Of a DNA stretch of 26,615 nucleotides, positions 25,209-26,615 are shown piece after piece. Source of the DNA: a virus (Duplodnaviria; Caudoviricetes); IMG/VR virus record IMGVR_UViG_3300020269_000282, positions 1 to 26,615 of that record. One strand, given 5' to 3'. The notes beneath the pieces are model-generated. The model ran no database searches, was not told where the DNA came from, and was given only the letters and a program-made list of their open reading frames with translations. Made by a program: the position numbers and the translations under genes. How positions within the stretch are numbered: the first letter of the stretch is position 1; each line of letters opens with the position of its first letter.

Positions 25209-25464
25209 GATTATGTAATGCTATAAGAGCGTAATGTAATATCTTCATGATGTCTGCTCTATTATATCCTTCTTTTTTACCATATCTTTGTGCATACTTT
25301 AGGACATTACCCAGAGCAAACCCCATACCATGGCCACAATCAATAATAAACTCAGTAGACTGAAATTTATTTTTGCTATAGTGTCCATCGTAAGTTTTAT
25401 CAATATAATTTTGTAAATCATCTATAAGATTCTTTTCATTAAATTTGTAATTAATCTTGGCCAT
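25189..25464 (-). CDS. DUF3310-like protein (T7 gp1.7 nucleotide kinase-related)
   Basis: GHYS, GFALGNVLKYAQRYGKKEG...DIMKILHY; GAGGT RBS before ATG 25464. Confidence 0.7.
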   Translation of the reverse strand: MAKINYKFNEKNLIDDLQNYIDKTYDGHYSKNKFQSTEFIIDCGHGMGFALGNVLKYAQRYGKKEGYNRADIMKILHYALIALHNHDLENS

Positions 25465-25738
25465 CCATCTTACCTCGTAAATAAGATACGGCAAAAGAAC
25501 AATAATTAATCATGTCTTTATAGGTATCTTCAAGTGATTCGAACTTTACATCACCATCGGCTTCAAGTAAAGATTGGGCACGTAATAGTTTTTGATGTAT
25601 CATATCATGAATAGTATCAACACCACGTCTGTAATGCATGGCCTGTTTGATATTTGATTTTGGATTCTGATAATCTTTTGACTTAGCTAATTGTAAGTCA
25701 ATACATTCTTCAAGTACTTTTACGGATTCTTTTTTCAT
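25451..25738 (-). CDS. Nucleotide-modification-associated domain (DUF1599/Nmad-like)
   Basis: KSKDY, QKLLR and ESLEDTYKDMINY. Confidence 0.65.
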   Translation of the reverse strand: MKKESVKVLEECIDLQLAKSKDYQNPKSNIKQAMHYRRGVDTIHDMIHQKLLRAQSLLEADGDVKFESLEDTYKDMINYCSFAVSYLRGKMDGQD

Positions 25739-26198
25739 GGTGCTTTTTGTGTATTGTTAATAATCTATTAATATTATACTTCTTAAGTTGTATTTTTTTC
25801 TGTACCAGATGTTGTAGCCATTTCTTTTTACTTGTAAACTTATCACCAAAGAATAGCTTTAAGAGTGTATCATCTGTAATACCTTTTCTTTCGAATAATC
25901 TATCTATGTCAAACATAGTTGGTAGTACCTCATCAGCAGTCTCACGTTTGTATGTTTCATATTGTTGAGGATGATAGTCTTTTATATATGTTATAAAGTT
26001 TGCACTATAACCGCAGTTGAAGCAATGACATACAAGACCTTGTTTCTTAGCATCTACCCAGAACCTTGCTTTACGAGGATTAGTAGCACTATCACCACAT
26101 ACCTGACATGACCAATTCCAAGAGTACTGACTCTTCTTCCTGAAGTTTCTAACTTCGTAGGTTAAAGAGTCAGCAATTGTAATTAGATTATGAAGCAC
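25710..26198 (-). CDS. T4 gp61 primase-like zinc-binding domain protein lacking TOPRIM
   Basis: WSCQVCGDSATNPRKARFW...CHCFNCG...YIKD..P..YE.Y..E; only 162 aa; GTG start with GGAAGG. Confidence 0.7.
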   Translation of the reverse strand: MLHNLITIADSLTYEVRNFRKKSQYSWNWSCQVCGDSATNPRKARFWVDAKKQGLVCHCFNCGYSANFITYIKDYHPQQYETYKRETADEVLPTMFDIDRLFERKGITDDTLLKLFFGDKFTSKKKWLQHLVQKKIQLKKYNINRLLTIHKKHHEKRIRKST

Positions 26199-26615
26199 TA
26201 AGACCTTCCGTTAGGTGATGACCAAATTCTTTTTCAGCATCCCAAACGGTCATGCCTTTTTCGCCTTCACCAATGTTGATAGCAGTTTCCTCATATTCAT
26301 CGAACTTGAATTGTTCTAACTCGCCTTGAGTATGAGTCCATCCAACTTCATCATTAAGTTTATCGACTATTGCATCAAGGTATTTAGCCGCCATAGAGTT
26401 ACGATTTTCTCTGTAGTAAGAGTAGCTAAGAGTTTCGAGTTCAGTGATTTTTTCTTTCATCACTTCTCTAACTCTATCTCTTTCATAGTCTCCAATAACT
26501 CGTAGGTAATCATTACTACCTTTTTCGGCTACTGATAAGACTAGCTCATCATCACTAGACCAGGCTTCGTAAAGAACATATTCTTTGCCGTCTCTGACTC
26601 CTTGAACTCTGATTA
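26188..26615 (-). CDS. 5'-truncated acidic hypothetical protein
   Basis: The 26188..26463 frame stays open to the window edge (IRVQGVRDGKEYVLYEAWSSDD...), so the true start lies outside the window. Confidence 0.7.
   Translation of the reverse strand, partial: IRVQGVRDGKEYVLYEAWSSDDELVLSVAEKGSNDYLRVIGDYERDRVREVMKEKITELETLSYSYYRENRNSMAAKYLDAIVDKLNDEVGWTHTQGELEQFKFDEYEETAINIGEGEKGMTVWDAEKEFGHHLTEGLSAS

Noticed and set aside
932-25968. Antisense or out-of-frame ORFs in the track (e.g. 932-1210, 2644-2919, 3490-3705, 8224-8727, 11349-11780, 14979-15290, 19166-19465, 20537-20893, 24498-24743, 25747-25968)
   Set aside because: They lie within or across motif-bearing genes, break the strand blocks and show no recognisable motifs.
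26188-26463. 91-aa ORF starting at 26463
   Set aside because: The frame is open to the window end, so it was re-called as a longer partial CDS.
1-26615. tRNA genes, CRISPR arrays, introns or stop-codon recoding
   Set aside because: No cloverleaf or repeat-spacer pattern was seen in the few intergenic gaps, and genes tile well with TAA, TAG and TGA all used as stops.

Overview
The window looks like a 26.6-kb piece of an AT-rich lytic T4-like (myovirus-type) phage genome, probably marine or environmental and infecting a Gram-negative host. Support: a T4 gp42-like dCMP hydroxymethylase, a gp61-like primase zinc-binding domain, a PseT-like phosphatase, T4-early-like promoters and ATAAATA late-like boxes. 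Genes are densely packed on + from 1 to 19666 and on - from 19773 to the end, converging at about 19.7 kb. The + arm holds accessory genes: nucleotidyltransferases, a divergent Fe/Mn SOD, an Ntn-hydrolase fusion, a ligase-motif protein, two paralogous GT-B-like proteins, UDG-like, 2OG-Fe(II) oxygenase, truncated UDP-glucose dehydrogenase, radical SAM, GH73 hydrolase, ArdC-like, SET domain, a TonB-dependent receptor and a sigma factor. The - arm holds a candidate cytosine-hypermodification cluster: dCMP hydroxymethylase, MazG-like pyrophosphatase, DUF3310-like, Nmad/DUF1599-like, cupin, UDP-glucose dehydrogenase and two glycosyltransferase-like genes. Notable non-coding signals are a duplicated composite promoter (TGT-N12-ACA palindrome, IHF-like box, early promoter) and a two-sided GC/codon gradient peaking at a hairpin and T-tract element at the convergence point. 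All family calls come from recalled motifs, not database searches. No tRNA, rRNA or CRISPR array was seen.
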